Assembly: GCA_040752695.1 (NCBI GenBank)
Contig: JBFMGO010000011.1
Span: forward strand, 6,114-70,113
Direction: 5' to 3'
Origin: a bacterium
Lineage (GTDB): Bacteria; SZUA-182; DTGQ01
DNA length: 64,000 nt
A model generated the notes under the pieces. It ran no database searches and had not been told where the DNA came from. It saw only the letters and a list, made by a program, of their open reading frames with translations. The position numbers and the translations under genes were made by a program. Position 1 is the stretch's first letter, and each line of letters begins with the position of its first letter. Of the stretch, positions 37,033 through 45,813 are shown one piece after another.

Positions 37033-38220
37033 TCATAAGCGGAATTTTTTACTCACCCATTGTAATTCTGCGATGATCGAATCGGTTACCGGCGGCTTAG
37101 GCCCTGGCAATACGCCGTAGGAGTATGTCTCTACCTCAAAATGCTTTCCTCCTGCAAGATATGCCTGGCTGAAAAAAGTATCTTCAATGAGATCGGCAGT
37201 TGAGGTGATCCCTTCACCGTGAACTCCCTCGCCAGGCCAGGTAAGGGGAACATGAAAGTGGATTCTCCACTCTGTGCTGTCAGAAGAAGGGGCATGAGCC
37301 AATGCCTCAGGAAGGTCTTTAAACCTGATGAGATTTTTTCCCGGCTGCTCTTCCGGATTATTGCCGGAGTTTGACCACGGGGAATTTGTCCGCAGGGAGT
37401 TTGTCCGCGGATAGATTCGTGTCTGGTGCAGGTATTCCCGGTCAGCAAAAGGGAGAAGCCCAGGGGGTGGATTTTTCAGATGCAGCGCCCGCAAGGCAGC
37501 GGAAATTTGAATCTTTGGCACCTGAATACCTTCATGATTGAGCTTTTGGAGCCAGGAGCGGGGTGATTCAAATTCAACTGCTGCATGGCAGGTATCGAGG
37601 CATACTCCAAGGTACCTGCTGGCAGCGGATTCATTGAGGGCATAGAGCCTCTTAAAAAAGCTCACGGTTGAATCCAGCCGATCAAGGAAGCAGTCCGGTT
37701 CAGGTTCAAGGGCCAACACGATATGCCTGCCTGTCTTTTTTTCCATCCTGGCTAAAGAATCCGCCACAAAGAGCAGATTGGAGATAACAGAGGGCTTTTC
37801 CTCCTTTCCGTAGTGGCCTGGCACCGTAGAGATTGTCCCTGTTTCTCCTTCCGGTAAAAGATTGGACAAAATAGTGGCCAAATGAAGAGTATACTCTATT
37901 CTCTTTGGAGAAGACCAATCCGGCAGGTAAGCCCTCTCCTTTATTGCTGTGCCATGAAAACAGCCATAGGGGAATCCATTGATGGTCACTACATACAGGT
38001 TGTGCTGGCGAAGAAACAGGGCACAGTTCTTCAGTTTCGGCTCCAGTTCGCGGGCAGCCTGTCTGGAAAGCCTGAGCCCAAGGGCAAAGGGTGCATCGGG
38101 GCAGATGCCAGCCTTCACCGTAAGGGAGAAATGCTGAATGGCTGCCAGGTTTTCATTCCAGTGCTCTGCCGGATGAATATTGAGGCAGTACATCAGGTGG
38201 TTGCCGTGGATGAGCTTCAT
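37033..38220 (-). CDS. eboE: Xylose-isomerase-like TIM-barrel sugar-phosphate isomerase/epimerase family protein (EboE-like)
   Basis: 395 aa. TIM-barrel-like pattern (LGVCLDTCHAAVEFE...). Last gene of the UbiA/DHQS/TatD/NPP set characteristic of ebo clusters. The ATG overlaps the upstream stop. Confidence 0.6.
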   Translation of the reverse strand: MKLIHGNHLMYCLNIHPAEHWNENLAAIQHFSLTVKAGICPDAPFALGLRLSRQAARELEPKLKNCALFLRQHNLYVVTINGFPYGCFHGTAIKERAYLPDWSSPKRIEYTLHLATILSNLLPEGETGTISTVPGHYGKEEKPSVISNLLFVADSLARMEKKTGRHIVLALEPEPDCFLDRLDSTVSFFKRLYALNESAASRYLGVCLDTCHAAVEFESPRSWLQKLNHEGIQVPKIQISAALRALHLKNPPPGLLPFADREYLHQTRIYPRTNSLRTNSPWSNSGNNPEEQPGKNLIRFKDLPEALAHAPSSDSTEWRIHFHVPLTWPGEGVHGEGITSTADLIEDTFFSQAYLAGGKHFEVETYSYGVLPGPKPPVTDSIIAELQWVSKKFRL

Positions 38221-39470
38221 AGGCCAGGAGAATTTCCAGGCTGAGCAGAAGAATTTCCCAAGGGATCAAGAGAAGTTCCCTTCTGAGCAGGAGAACTTTC
38301 CGGCTGGTCAGGAGAAGTCCCCGGCTGAGCGAATCTTTTCATCTCCTGAACAGCCTGCTCGACTTCATAAGGAGAGATGCTGCTGATCTGGCATTGATGA
38401 CCGAGGTGATCAGGCATGATCAGGGTGAGTTTTCCTCCCATATGCTGGCGAAACTCTTCCAGGCCGTTGTAGATGCTGAGCAGGCCATCGCTTTCTCTTT
38501 TCATAAGGAGGGGATGCCAGAGGGAAAAACCGCAGCCGAGAAGGCCGCGGATGACCAGTTCATATTCCGCCTGGTCTATCAATCCGCGATTCCGGGCAAT
38601 GATCATGTCCAGGGCAAGGCCGATAGCAACGGCCTCTCCGTGCCGCAGGGCATGGCCGGTCATTACCTCCAGTTCGTGGCCGCTCCAGTGTCCGAAATCC
38701 AGGGGGCGGGACGACCCGTATTCGAAAGGATCGCCACTTTTGGCAATATGCTCTGCGTGCAGTTGAGCGCAACGGATAATCAGCATCTCCATAGCTGCCT
38801 CATCGCGGTTTCGCAGTTTTTCGGCCTGGCCTGCGAGCTCGTGCAGGAACGAGAGGTCTTTGATAATGGCTACCTTGAAAGCCTCGGCTATGCCTGCCAG
38901 CCAGTCGCGAAAGTCGAGGGTTTTCAGAAAGTCGAAGTCATTGATGACGCCATAGGGAGGGGTGAAGGTGCCGAAATAGTTCTTCGCTCCGTAAAGATTA
39001 ATGCCGTTCTTGACGCCGACACCTGAATCGTTTTGGGCCAAGACGGTTGTCGGCACCCGTATTAAGCGGATGCCCCGGTGAGTGATCGCTGCAATAAATC
39101 CTACGGCATCTAAAACGGCCCCCCCTCCTATGACAATCACCACTGAGTGGCGGTCAAGCCTGGTAATGCGCATGTTGCGGGCAATCACTTTATGGTATTC
39201 GAAGTCATTCTTGCACTGCTCTCCGCCCGGAACAAGGAGAACCGGAGCAGCCAGTATCCCGCATCGAGGATGAACATCGAACCATTCTCCGATGCAATGC
39301 TCAAGGCCGGGCCAGGAGGATGCCACCCCTGTGTCGAGAAAGATCAGCAGCCGTGTTCCCCCATCTGGCAGCATGTTCTTAAGGACACTGTTTTCCCGGT
39401 CAAAAAGGTTGCGGGTAAAATAGATATCATAGTTGAATTTTACCAGTATCTTTTGCTTGATTTTCATCAT
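38217..39470 (-). CDS. eboD: 3-dehydroquinate synthase-like sugar-phosphate cyclase (EboD-like), with a repetitive low-complexity C-terminal tail
   Basis: IVIGGGAVLDAVGFIAAITHRGIRLIRVPTTVLAQNDSGVGVKNGIN matches the DHQS/EEVS NAD-binding and metal-site region. His residues HAEH...HALRHGEAVAIG follow. Confidence 0.8.
   Translation of the reverse strand: MMKIKQKILVKFNYDIYFTRNLFDRENSVLKNMLPDGGTRLLIFLDTGVASSWPGLEHCIGEWFDVHPRCGILAAPVLLVPGGEQCKNDFEYHKVIARNMRITRLDRHSVVIVIGGGAVLDAVGFIAAITHRGIRLIRVPTTVLAQNDSGVGVKNGINLYGAKNYFGTFTPPYGVINDFDFLKTLDFRDWLAGIAEAFKVAIIKDLSFLHELAGQAEKLRNRDEAAMEMLIIRCAQLHAEHIAKSGDPFEYGSSRPLDFGHWSGHELEVMTGHALRHGEAVAIGLALDMIIARNRGLIDQAEYELVIRGLLGCGFSLWHPLLMKRESDGLLSIYNGLEEFRQHMGGKLTLIMPDHLGHQCQISSISPYEVEQAVQEMKRFAQPGTSPDQPESSPAQKGTSLDPLGNSSAQPGNSPGL
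38222..38335. repeat. About 4 degenerate about 24-bp tandem repeats (CTGAGCAGGAGAASTTYCCNG), in-frame at the 3' end of the DHQS-like gene
   Basis: gctgagcagaagaatttcccaagg / gatcaagagaagttcccttctgagcaggagaactttccggctggtcaggagaagtccccggctgagcg. Confidence 0.7.
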
Positions 39471-39489
39471 GATGATTCTCCATACGGTG

Positions 39490-39625
39490 ATTCTTCATAT
39501 GATGATTTGATTTCTCCGTTTTGTATGGTTTGATTTCTCTGTATGATGATTTGATTTCTCCATTATGATGGTTGGATCTCTCTGTATGATGATTTGATTT
39601 CTCCATATGATGATTTTTCCATGCT
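39490..39625. repeat. About 6 tandem 21-22-bp repeats (ATGATGATTTGATTTCTCCRT) filling the eboF-eboD intergenic region
   Basis: atgatgatttgatttctccgtt / ttgtatggtttgatttctctgt / atgatgatttgatttctccatt / atgatggttggatctctctgt / atgatgatttgatttctccat / atgatgatttttccatg. Confidence 0.85.
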
Positions 39626-39643
39626 GTATCCCTGTCGGAACGG

Positions 39644-40984
39644 CTACCTATCGAGGTATTCCTTGATGCTTTTGGCAAGCTCCAGAAGGCTTTCGGGATG
39701 GCCCGGCAGTTCCAGATCCGAAGCATAAAAGACCGGGTCATTCTCATCTACCCGTCCGTGGGTTCCCTTTATCTTCCGGGGATTTTGAGAAACCGAAAAA
39801 GGAGGCCAGCCCATCAGGAGTTCGCACGGATCGTATCCCGGCTTGTTGTGGATATCAACGTGCGAGGCAAAGTCGGGGGCCTCGTTTTTCTCATCCCACC
39901 AGCGGTAATCAAACCAGCATCCGGGTTTAGCCACCAGCACCAGTTCTCCGCTTCGCGGGTGGTCGATCCCTGCTTCGGCCTGGGCCGCACGATCCAGCAC
40001 CCTGTCAACTCCAGGCAGATTGAGCATCAGTGCCTTGACCTCTTCCGGCCTGCCCGATATTAGCCTGCCCGATTCCGGCAGATCCGGCTCAAAAAGGTGC
40101 AGGTGGGCAATCTGGTGATCTACGATACAAAAGGCTGCACTCGTGTAATAATCCGGGTAAAGCTTCCCCTTGACGTTCCTTGTGCTGAACAGACCGGCAC
40201 TACGCAGGATTTTATTGGGAAAGATAACCTCATGAGCATCACCTATGGGGTAATCTCCAAACAGGATAATCCGGTACTGTTCTTTTTTAGCAGATTGAAT
40301 AAGCACCTGAAGGCACTTGTTCAACTCGGTAAAAGCCCTCGCGCTTTTCGATGAACCGGGGCCGGATCTTTGCAAAGCATAATCAAGATGAGGCAAATAG
40401 GCAAAGAGAAAGCCTGGCCGGTCCTGCTCCATTACGTTTACTACGGCACGGGTAATCCACTGACTCGATTTTTGGGATGCCGCCGGGCCCCAATAACGGT
40501 GAAGGGGAAAAACCGTTCCGATCTCCATCCGCAATCGTTTATTCAGTGCCGGAGGGGTTGAAAAACAGTCCAGGATCATACCCCCGTGGTGCTTGTGAAT
40601 CGGTGCAGGAGAAAGCAAAAGATCACTGTCTAACCCTAAGGACTGCTGAATGAACATCTGAGCTACCGTGCCGCCGCAGGAGCGAAACCTCTCCCAGATG
40701 CGCGGCCCCTGAACGAGCCTGCTGCTTTGCTCCCAGAAAAGCGGCTTCCACTGCTCCTTGAAGAAAAAGCCGTTGGCCACAATTCCATGCCTGACCGGAG
40801 GGGAGGCAGTGCGCATCGTGGCCTGCACTACGCAGGTCAGGGCTGGAAAGAGGGCCTTGAGCGGCTTGACCGTAAGGGGTCCAAGCTTTTGCCCGCCAAG
40901 GTTTCGAGTCACGAAATGATACCCGCCGGCAGCTATCTGCAGGAGGAGAATTTTCTCTTTCAAGGTTTTTTTAAGCCTCCACAA
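39644..40984 (-). CDS. eboF: Alkaline-phosphatase-superfamily nucleotide pyrophosphatase/phosphodiesterase (NPP)-like protein (EboF-like)
   Basis: TMRTASPPVRHGIVANG (NPP catalytic Thr plus HGI..N loop) and RIILFGDYPIGD (second metal site). Confidence 0.6.
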   Translation of the reverse strand: MWRLKKTLKEKILLLQIAAGGYHFVTRNLGGQKLGPLTVKPLKALFPALTCVVQATMRTASPPVRHGIVANGFFFKEQWKPLFWEQSSRLVQGPRIWERFRSCGGTVAQMFIQQSLGLDSDLLLSPAPIHKHHGGMILDCFSTPPALNKRLRMEIGTVFPLHRYWGPAASQKSSQWITRAVVNVMEQDRPGFLFAYLPHLDYALQRSGPGSSKSARAFTELNKCLQVLIQSAKKEQYRIILFGDYPIGDAHEVIFPNKILRSAGLFSTRNVKGKLYPDYYTSAAFCIVDHQIAHLHLFEPDLPESGRLISGRPEEVKALMLNLPGVDRVLDRAAQAEAGIDHPRSGELVLVAKPGCWFDYRWWDEKNEAPDFASHVDIHNKPGYDPCELLMGWPPFSVSQNPRKIKGTHGRVDENDPVFYASDLELPGHPESLLELAKSIKEYLDR

Positions 40985-41072
40985 CGTTTTTGGCTCAGTT
41001 CGAACACTCTTCTTACCTCAGATTCCAAACGTATCACTCAGATTCCCTATAGAATCTGAGTGATACGTTACC

Positions 41073-42092
41073 TCAGCTTCCATAGAATCTTTGGCCTGCC
41101 CATCCGGAAAGAGGAAAGAGGAAAAGCAGAACAATCAGGAAAAAGAAACCATAAGAGCCGGCCCCAGATCCAACACCATGATCCATCGCAAGAACGATCA
41201 AGCCTGCCTGGATCAGAATCAAACTGCGGATGAGCTTCCCGACCATGACAGGAACCTGCCGATCACCCTGCCCTCTTTGCCTTTTCTGTGGCCGGACGAT
41301 AAGGAAAACCCATATCCAGATAAACAGGACACACCCGATCTTCAGCACAGAGGCTCCCGTGATCAGCATAATCAAGGCAAGTCCCGAAAGAGAAGCAAGG
41401 AGAAGGAAACACTCCCGCGCCGATGGCTGCGCCGTGGTTTCATGAGCTGCAATGGCGCTTACTGCGGCTATATACAGCGCCTCTGCCGCTGCACCGGCCA
41501 GCACCAGACCGCTCAACGGCCCTTTGCCAAGTCCTGCACCCAAAAGCACATTACAGCCCCGGCATAAGCCCATGATGATAAAGCCTAATCCTGGAACCAT
41601 GCGGCCAGGGCCGTGATACAGGACAATGAGCGCCACAAGCCCTAGGGTGATTCCAAAAATGCGGTGCGGAAAAACCGGCGGCATCCAGTCTGTCAGCAGT
41701 ATCCAGTCTGTCATACGATGCGGAAAAATCCGCATCCCGTCAGCGAGGCAGGCAAGGAACAAGGCCAGGCCCATCAGGACCATGCTTGCAGCCAGGGCAG
41801 CCTGCGGCTGCACTCTCCCGGATGGAATCGGCCGCCCGGGCCGCTCCATCCGGTCCGTTTCACGGTCACGGTAATCATTCAGCAAAAGGCCCGAAATATA
41901 TAAAAAGAGCGAGATGAAGAGCACGGGAACGATCAGGTACACCTCATCCGCACCGATCCGGGCCAGGGACGCTCCGGCCAGAACGTCCCCCGGTACGGTG
42001 AAAAGGTTCGGAGGCCGGATGAGTTCCAGCCAGCCGTGCACAACCCCATGCCCAGTCCATGGGGGGCGATCATGCTGCCCGTCAGCGATCAT
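41073..42092 (-). CDS. eboC: UbiA-family aromatic/polyprenyl prenyltransferase (EboC-like)
   Basis: Eight or nine TM helices. Asp-rich motif LNDYRDRETD (NDxxDxxxD). PGRPIPSG. Confidence 0.85.
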   Translation of the reverse strand: MIADGQHDRPPWTGHGVVHGWLELIRPPNLFTVPGDVLAGASLARIGADEVYLIVPVLFISLFLYISGLLLNDYRDRETDRMERPGRPIPSGRVQPQAALAASMVLMGLALFLACLADGMRIFPHRMTDWILLTDWMPPVFPHRIFGITLGLVALIVLYHGPGRMVPGLGFIIMGLCRGCNVLLGAGLGKGPLSGLVLAGAAAEALYIAAVSAIAAHETTAQPSARECFLLLASLSGLALIMLITGASVLKIGCVLFIWIWVFLIVRPQKRQRGQGDRQVPVMVGKLIRSLILIQAGLIVLAMDHGVGSGAGSYGFFFLIVLLFLFPLSGWAGQRFYGS

Positions 42093-42125
42093 CAGAGAAC
42101 CGCCTCTGATACTCGAAAAACCGGT

Positions 42126-42968
42126 TCAGGGCTGTCGCTGATACTCGGAAACCGGCAGAGGTTCGATTTCATAATTGGGCTTCCACTTCGGTGACTGGCT
42201 GTAGAAAGCATCTGCATTATCGTGAAACAGAAGCTGAAGCGACGATTCACTATGACCGTCACTGCGCATAAATTCAATGGTCTTTGGCAAGGATAACGGA
42301 TCTGAAACTCCCCAGTCAGCGCTGCCGTCGATAATCATCCTCTTGGCCCCGAACTCTCTGATGATCTGAGATACCCGCTCAGGATTCAGTTTGGAGTAAG
42401 GGTACACGGTCAGGCCGGTAAAGCATTCCGTCTGCCGGGTGATGGGCATGGTTTCCTCGGTATTATGATCTATTTCAATGCGCTTTTGGGTCACACCCTC
42501 TGCCCTGATGATATCGACAATGACACGGGCACCCTCGGGCTTTTGAAAATGCGGCAAATGAACGACCACCGGCATCTTTCGCTCCTCAGCCAGAAGGAGC
42601 TGACGCCGGAAGGCATAGATTTCATTTGGGGTGATATTGTTCAGCCCTATTTCCCCAACACCGATACAGCGGGGATGGTCCAGATATTCGTCGATTCCCG
42701 AAAGCACCTCATCCACCAGCGCCTTGTTTTCCGCTTCTTTGGGATTCATGGAGATACAGCAGTAGTGGTCGATGCCATAGCGGGCGGCACGCGTAGTCTC
42801 GAATTCCAGAATCAACCTGAAGTAATCAAAAAAAGTACCCGCATAGCGGCGATCACAGCCGAGCCAGAAGGAAGGCTCTACAGCCACCCTGATGCTGGCC
42901 CCATACATGGCCTGATAATCATCCGTGGTGCGGGAATACATATGAATATGAGGTTCAATAATGTACAT
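42126..42968 (-). CDS. eboB: TatD-family metal-dependent hydrolase (EboB-like)
   Basis: MYIIEPHIH (TatD metal site 1), GVGEIGLN, VVVHLPH and DGSADWG patterns of TatD TIM-barrel hydrolases. Confidence 0.7.
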   Translation of the reverse strand: MYIIEPHIHMYSRTTDDYQAMYGASIRVAVEPSFWLGCDRRYAGTFFDYFRLILEFETTRAARYGIDHYCCISMNPKEAENKALVDEVLSGIDEYLDHPRCIGVGEIGLNNITPNEIYAFRRQLLLAEERKMPVVVHLPHFQKPEGARVIVDIIRAEGVTQKRIEIDHNTEETMPITRQTECFTGLTVYPYSKLNPERVSQIIREFGAKRMIIDGSADWGVSDPLSLPKTIEFMRSDGHSESSLQLLFHDNADAFYSQSPKWKPNYEIEPLPVSEYQRQP

Positions 42969-42986
42969 TGACCGTTTCCTCTTATC

Positions 42987-43046
42987 ATCAATGTTCTGTC
43001 AATCAACATTCTGCCCATCAACATTCTGCCCATCAATATCCTGCCA
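42987..43046. repeat. Four tandem 15-bp repeats (ATCAACATTCTGCCC) spanning the stop of the toroid-protein gene and the eboB upstream region
   Basis: atcaatgttctgtca / atcaacattctgccc / atcaacattctgccc / atcaatatcctgcca. Confidence 0.85.
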
Positions 43047-44340
43047 GGGCAATTTCCATCGTCAGGATAGCGTAGCTGGTGACCAGAGCCGGATCGTTTT
43101 CCCACCATCGTCCCTGATCATTGACCCAGTAGCCATCCCCTTTTTGTACTGATATGAGCTTGGCCAGAAGTTCCTTGCGCCAGTTTACCTTATCCTGCCG
43201 TCCCTTCACCTGAAACTCCTCTTCCCCATATACGGCCAGAGCCTTGGCCATGGTATGATAATTGTAATAGAGGCCCTGCAGGCCAAGCCCCGGATTTTCT
43301 TCCAGGGTATAGTGATTTCTTATCCAGTCATAAGCAGCCCGAACTCTGGGATCATCCTTTTTTACCTGAGCATAAATGAAGCTCAACAGACCGGCGTAGG
43401 TCATGCTTCCGTAAGACCGGAGAGTGGTCTTGCCATCGGGAAGCTTTTCTTCTCCTGCCTTGCTGCTGCCTGGAAAGTAGACAAATCCTCCATAATTATT
43501 GGGATCACTGCTTGCCCATGGCTGGTCATTGGATTGAGGATTATTCTGACACCGTTCAATAAACCGAAGCGCTGCCTGCCAATCCAAATCCTTCGATTGG
43601 ACCTGCTTTAAGTCGAGCGGCTTTTCCTTTTGGTCGGTTTCCCGCTTCTCACTGACCCGCAGGGCCTCAATGGCAAAATACATATTGGACATATCGGAGT
43701 GTTTTTCCTTACCCCCATAGCCGATCCCGCCGTCATAAAGATTGTCAACAACCCCGGCCTTTCCTTCATCCTGCTGAAGCGAGACCAGAAAATTCCTGGC
43801 CTTCTGAATCGTGTCATTGTATGCAGGATCGCCTGTGGCCACAAGAGCGGTGAGACAAATGGAAGTATTGTACGTCGCAAGGCCCTTGTCAGGAGTATAG
43901 ATTCCTCCATCTGGCTGCACCTTTCCCATAATATACTTCAAGGCTTTTTTAACAGCAGCCGAATACTGGTTGTGACCGGCAGAAGAGGAGGGATCACGCA
44001 AAAAACCAAGGACAGCCAGGGCCGTAACTGCTGGATAGTCAGGGCTGGACCAGGAGCCATCCTTATTCTGTTTGCTTTTTAACCAGTTGAGTCCAATATC
44101 TATAGAGTGTTGGGCTTCTTTCTGCAAAGAGATATCTCTACTCTCCTGCTTGAGCATATTCTTTGAGTCTGTGGTTTTTTTGGGTTCCCCAGCCGGTGGC
44201 TGATCTGTTTTTCCCCATCCGGTCCGAGGGTTGATCGTGGATATCAGGGAGATAAGGAAGATAGTGGCTACAAACTGACAAAGTACTGAAAACTTTCTGG
44301 CAGACGGTTGTTTTTTTGAAATATTTCCATACATATTCAT
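43033..44340 (-). CDS. Secreted prenyltransferase / squalene-cyclase-repeat (alpha-alpha toroid, terpene-cyclase-like) protein
   Basis: Signal peptide (KFSVLCQFVATIFLISLISTIN). Repeated QW-like motifs (QNKDGSWSS, QPDGGIYT, DGGIGYGG, QKGDGYWVNDQGRWW) spaced about 45-50 aa apart, as in terpene-cyclase / protein-prenyltransferase beta-subunit toroids. Confidence 0.55.
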   Translation of the reverse strand: MNMYGNISKKQPSARKFSVLCQFVATIFLISLISTINPRTGWGKTDQPPAGEPKKTTDSKNMLKQESRDISLQKEAQHSIDIGLNWLKSKQNKDGSWSSPDYPAVTALAVLGFLRDPSSSAGHNQYSAAVKKALKYIMGKVQPDGGIYTPDKGLATYNTSICLTALVATGDPAYNDTIQKARNFLVSLQQDEGKAGVVDNLYDGGIGYGGKEKHSDMSNMYFAIEALRVSEKRETDQKEKPLDLKQVQSKDLDWQAALRFIERCQNNPQSNDQPWASSDPNNYGGFVYFPGSSKAGEEKLPDGKTTLRSYGSMTYAGLLSFIYAQVKKDDPRVRAAYDWIRNHYTLEENPGLGLQGLYYNYHTMAKALAVYGEEEFQVKGRQDKVNWRKELLAKLISVQKGDGYWVNDQGRWWENDPALVTSYAILTMEIALAGY

Positions 44341-44850
44341 GTAATACCCCCCTTTATTGGTTTGAACGAAATTTTAACCATAAAGAAAACAACCATGAAG
44401 AAATCAGTCATGCATAGAATAACCATAAAATGGCAACGAGAATAGAGCAGTTACAGTATCGTAACCATGAGTGAGAAATAATGCACCAATATGTCCCAAC
44501 CCATTATACATTTTGCCCTTGTTCTGTACAATAGCACACCGTATAACACGTTTATGCTGCTTATTATTTTCTCGATCCCGTACCTAAAATATAGGCCGTG
44601 GAAATTTCGCGGCCGATAATTGAATGAGGGCCATGAGTCGAAAATCCCTTCCAGGGGGTCGCTAACAGATTCCTCACCCCCTTTATAAGAGGGAATAAAA
44701 ACCATACAAAAGGGGAGATGAAGCTGGCCGCGTATTTCATGTGTGGTGTGCTAAGGCATATTTTATCATGGCAGGAATCGTATTTGGTGTTTTTCTGCCT
44801 GCCGGGAAAAATAATGCAAAAATCATACCACCATTATTCTTTTCATGAGA

Positions 44851-45768
44851 TCACTTGGGTGCAGGCAGTGTTTTTTGCGGTATTTCCTGTTGTATTTCTT
44901 GCGATATTTTTTGCGATACTTCTTGTTGTATTTCCTGCGGTATTTCTTGCATTGCTTTTATCACAGGTGGTGTTTCGTGCGTCACTTTCATCGTAAGAAG
45001 AATATTGGTTCCCACAGGAGGAAGAATCTTTTCATTGCAGGTATATACCGTATCGTCAGCTCCATTTGGCAGGGGATTATTGATAATGGCTACCGGATCT
45101 CTGAAAGTTGCGATTATTGATCCTTCGCTGTCAGCAATGAACTTCCCATCTATGACCTGAGAGCCGGTGAAGGCCCAAAAAGTCTTGTCCATAGGCTTTT
45201 TTTCCATCTGGTCATAAACCAGTTCCTCCCCCCTGACCTTTTTCCTGGTCTTATCCGGCAGATCCCACTCGGCCCATATCTCCAGTGAGTCCCCTTTTGG
45301 AGCGGCAGGATCTCCCTGAAATTTCAGGTTATTTTCGTACTTCAATCCCAACAGGAGGAGAGCTACCTGTATCTGTGAGGGTCTGGCCTCAAGCTTCAGG
45401 ACACTTTCATGCAATTTACCGATTTCATCCCAGCAGGCCAGGTATTCGACTAATCCACTTTGCATATTGACCTGCCCTGAAAGATAGATTTCTCTCTTGC
45501 TTTTATTCAGAATCACCTTTCCGATTCTGAATTCATCAGGACCGATCTGCTGAACAGATGGATTTTTCTCTGCCTGACCTGGAGCGGTCCGGGAGTGAGC
45601 ACCTGGGTCCGGAGCACCTTGAGAAGCTGAATAACCTGCTGAAAAGAAAAGGCAGAATAATACGCTGGTGGCACTGATAATGAACAAGAAGGCCGATCTT
45701 TGACGTATTTGCATATTTTTTCTCATCATGAAAGAATCACCGTTCAGGTTTGAATAGATACCCTGCAA
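44851..45768 (-). CDS. Secreted hypothetical protein with C-terminal (Q-E-I-x)n tetrapeptide repeats
   Basis: Probable start at MMRKNMQIRQRSAFLFIISATSVLFCLFFSAGYSA (signal peptide). The C-terminal QEIPQEIQQEVSQKISQEIQQEIPQK is encoded by seven 12-bp tandem repeats. Confidence 0.45.
   Translation of the reverse strand: MQGIYSNLNGDSFMMRKNMQIRQRSAFLFIISATSVLFCLFFSAGYSASQGAPDPGAHSRTAPGQAEKNPSVQQIGPDEFRIGKVILNKSKREIYLSGQVNMQSGLVEYLACWDEIGKLHESVLKLEARPSQIQVALLLLGLKYENNLKFQGDPAAPKGDSLEIWAEWDLPDKTRKKVRGEELVYDQMEKKPMDKTFWAFTGSQVIDGKFIADSEGSIIATFRDPVAIINNPLPNGADDTVYTCNEKILPPVGTNILLTMKVTHETPPVIKAMQEIPQEIQQEVSQKISQEIQQEIPQKTLPAPK
44877..44960. repeat. Seven tandem 12-bp repeats (GYGRTATTTCYT), in-frame, encoding the (QEIx)n C-terminus of the 305-aa secreted protein
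   Basis: gcggtatttcct gttgtatttctt gcgatatttttt gcgatacttctt gttgtatttcct gcggtatttctt gcattgctttta. Confidence 0.85.
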
Positions 45769-45813
45769 TTACGGGTAAATATCCTGCAATTACGGGCTGC
45801 ACAGGAAACCATA

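Noticed and set aside
39490-39625. Possible CRISPR array
   Set aside because: The units are contiguous 21-22-bp degenerate repeats with no unique spacers, and no cas genes are nearby. This is a microsatellite, not a CRISPR.
43033-44340. Alpha2-macroglobulin-type thioester domain as an alternative identity for the toroid proteins
   Set aside because: No CGEQ/CxEQ thioester motif was found. The QW-like spacing favours terpene-cyclase or prenyltransferase repeats. Not fully excluded without profile searches.
44451-44705. 84-aa minus-strand ORF in the AT-rich spacer upstream of the toroid gene, considered as eboA
   Set aside because: No RBS, odd composition and no resemblance to anything; more likely non-coding promoter region. 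eboA remains unidentified.
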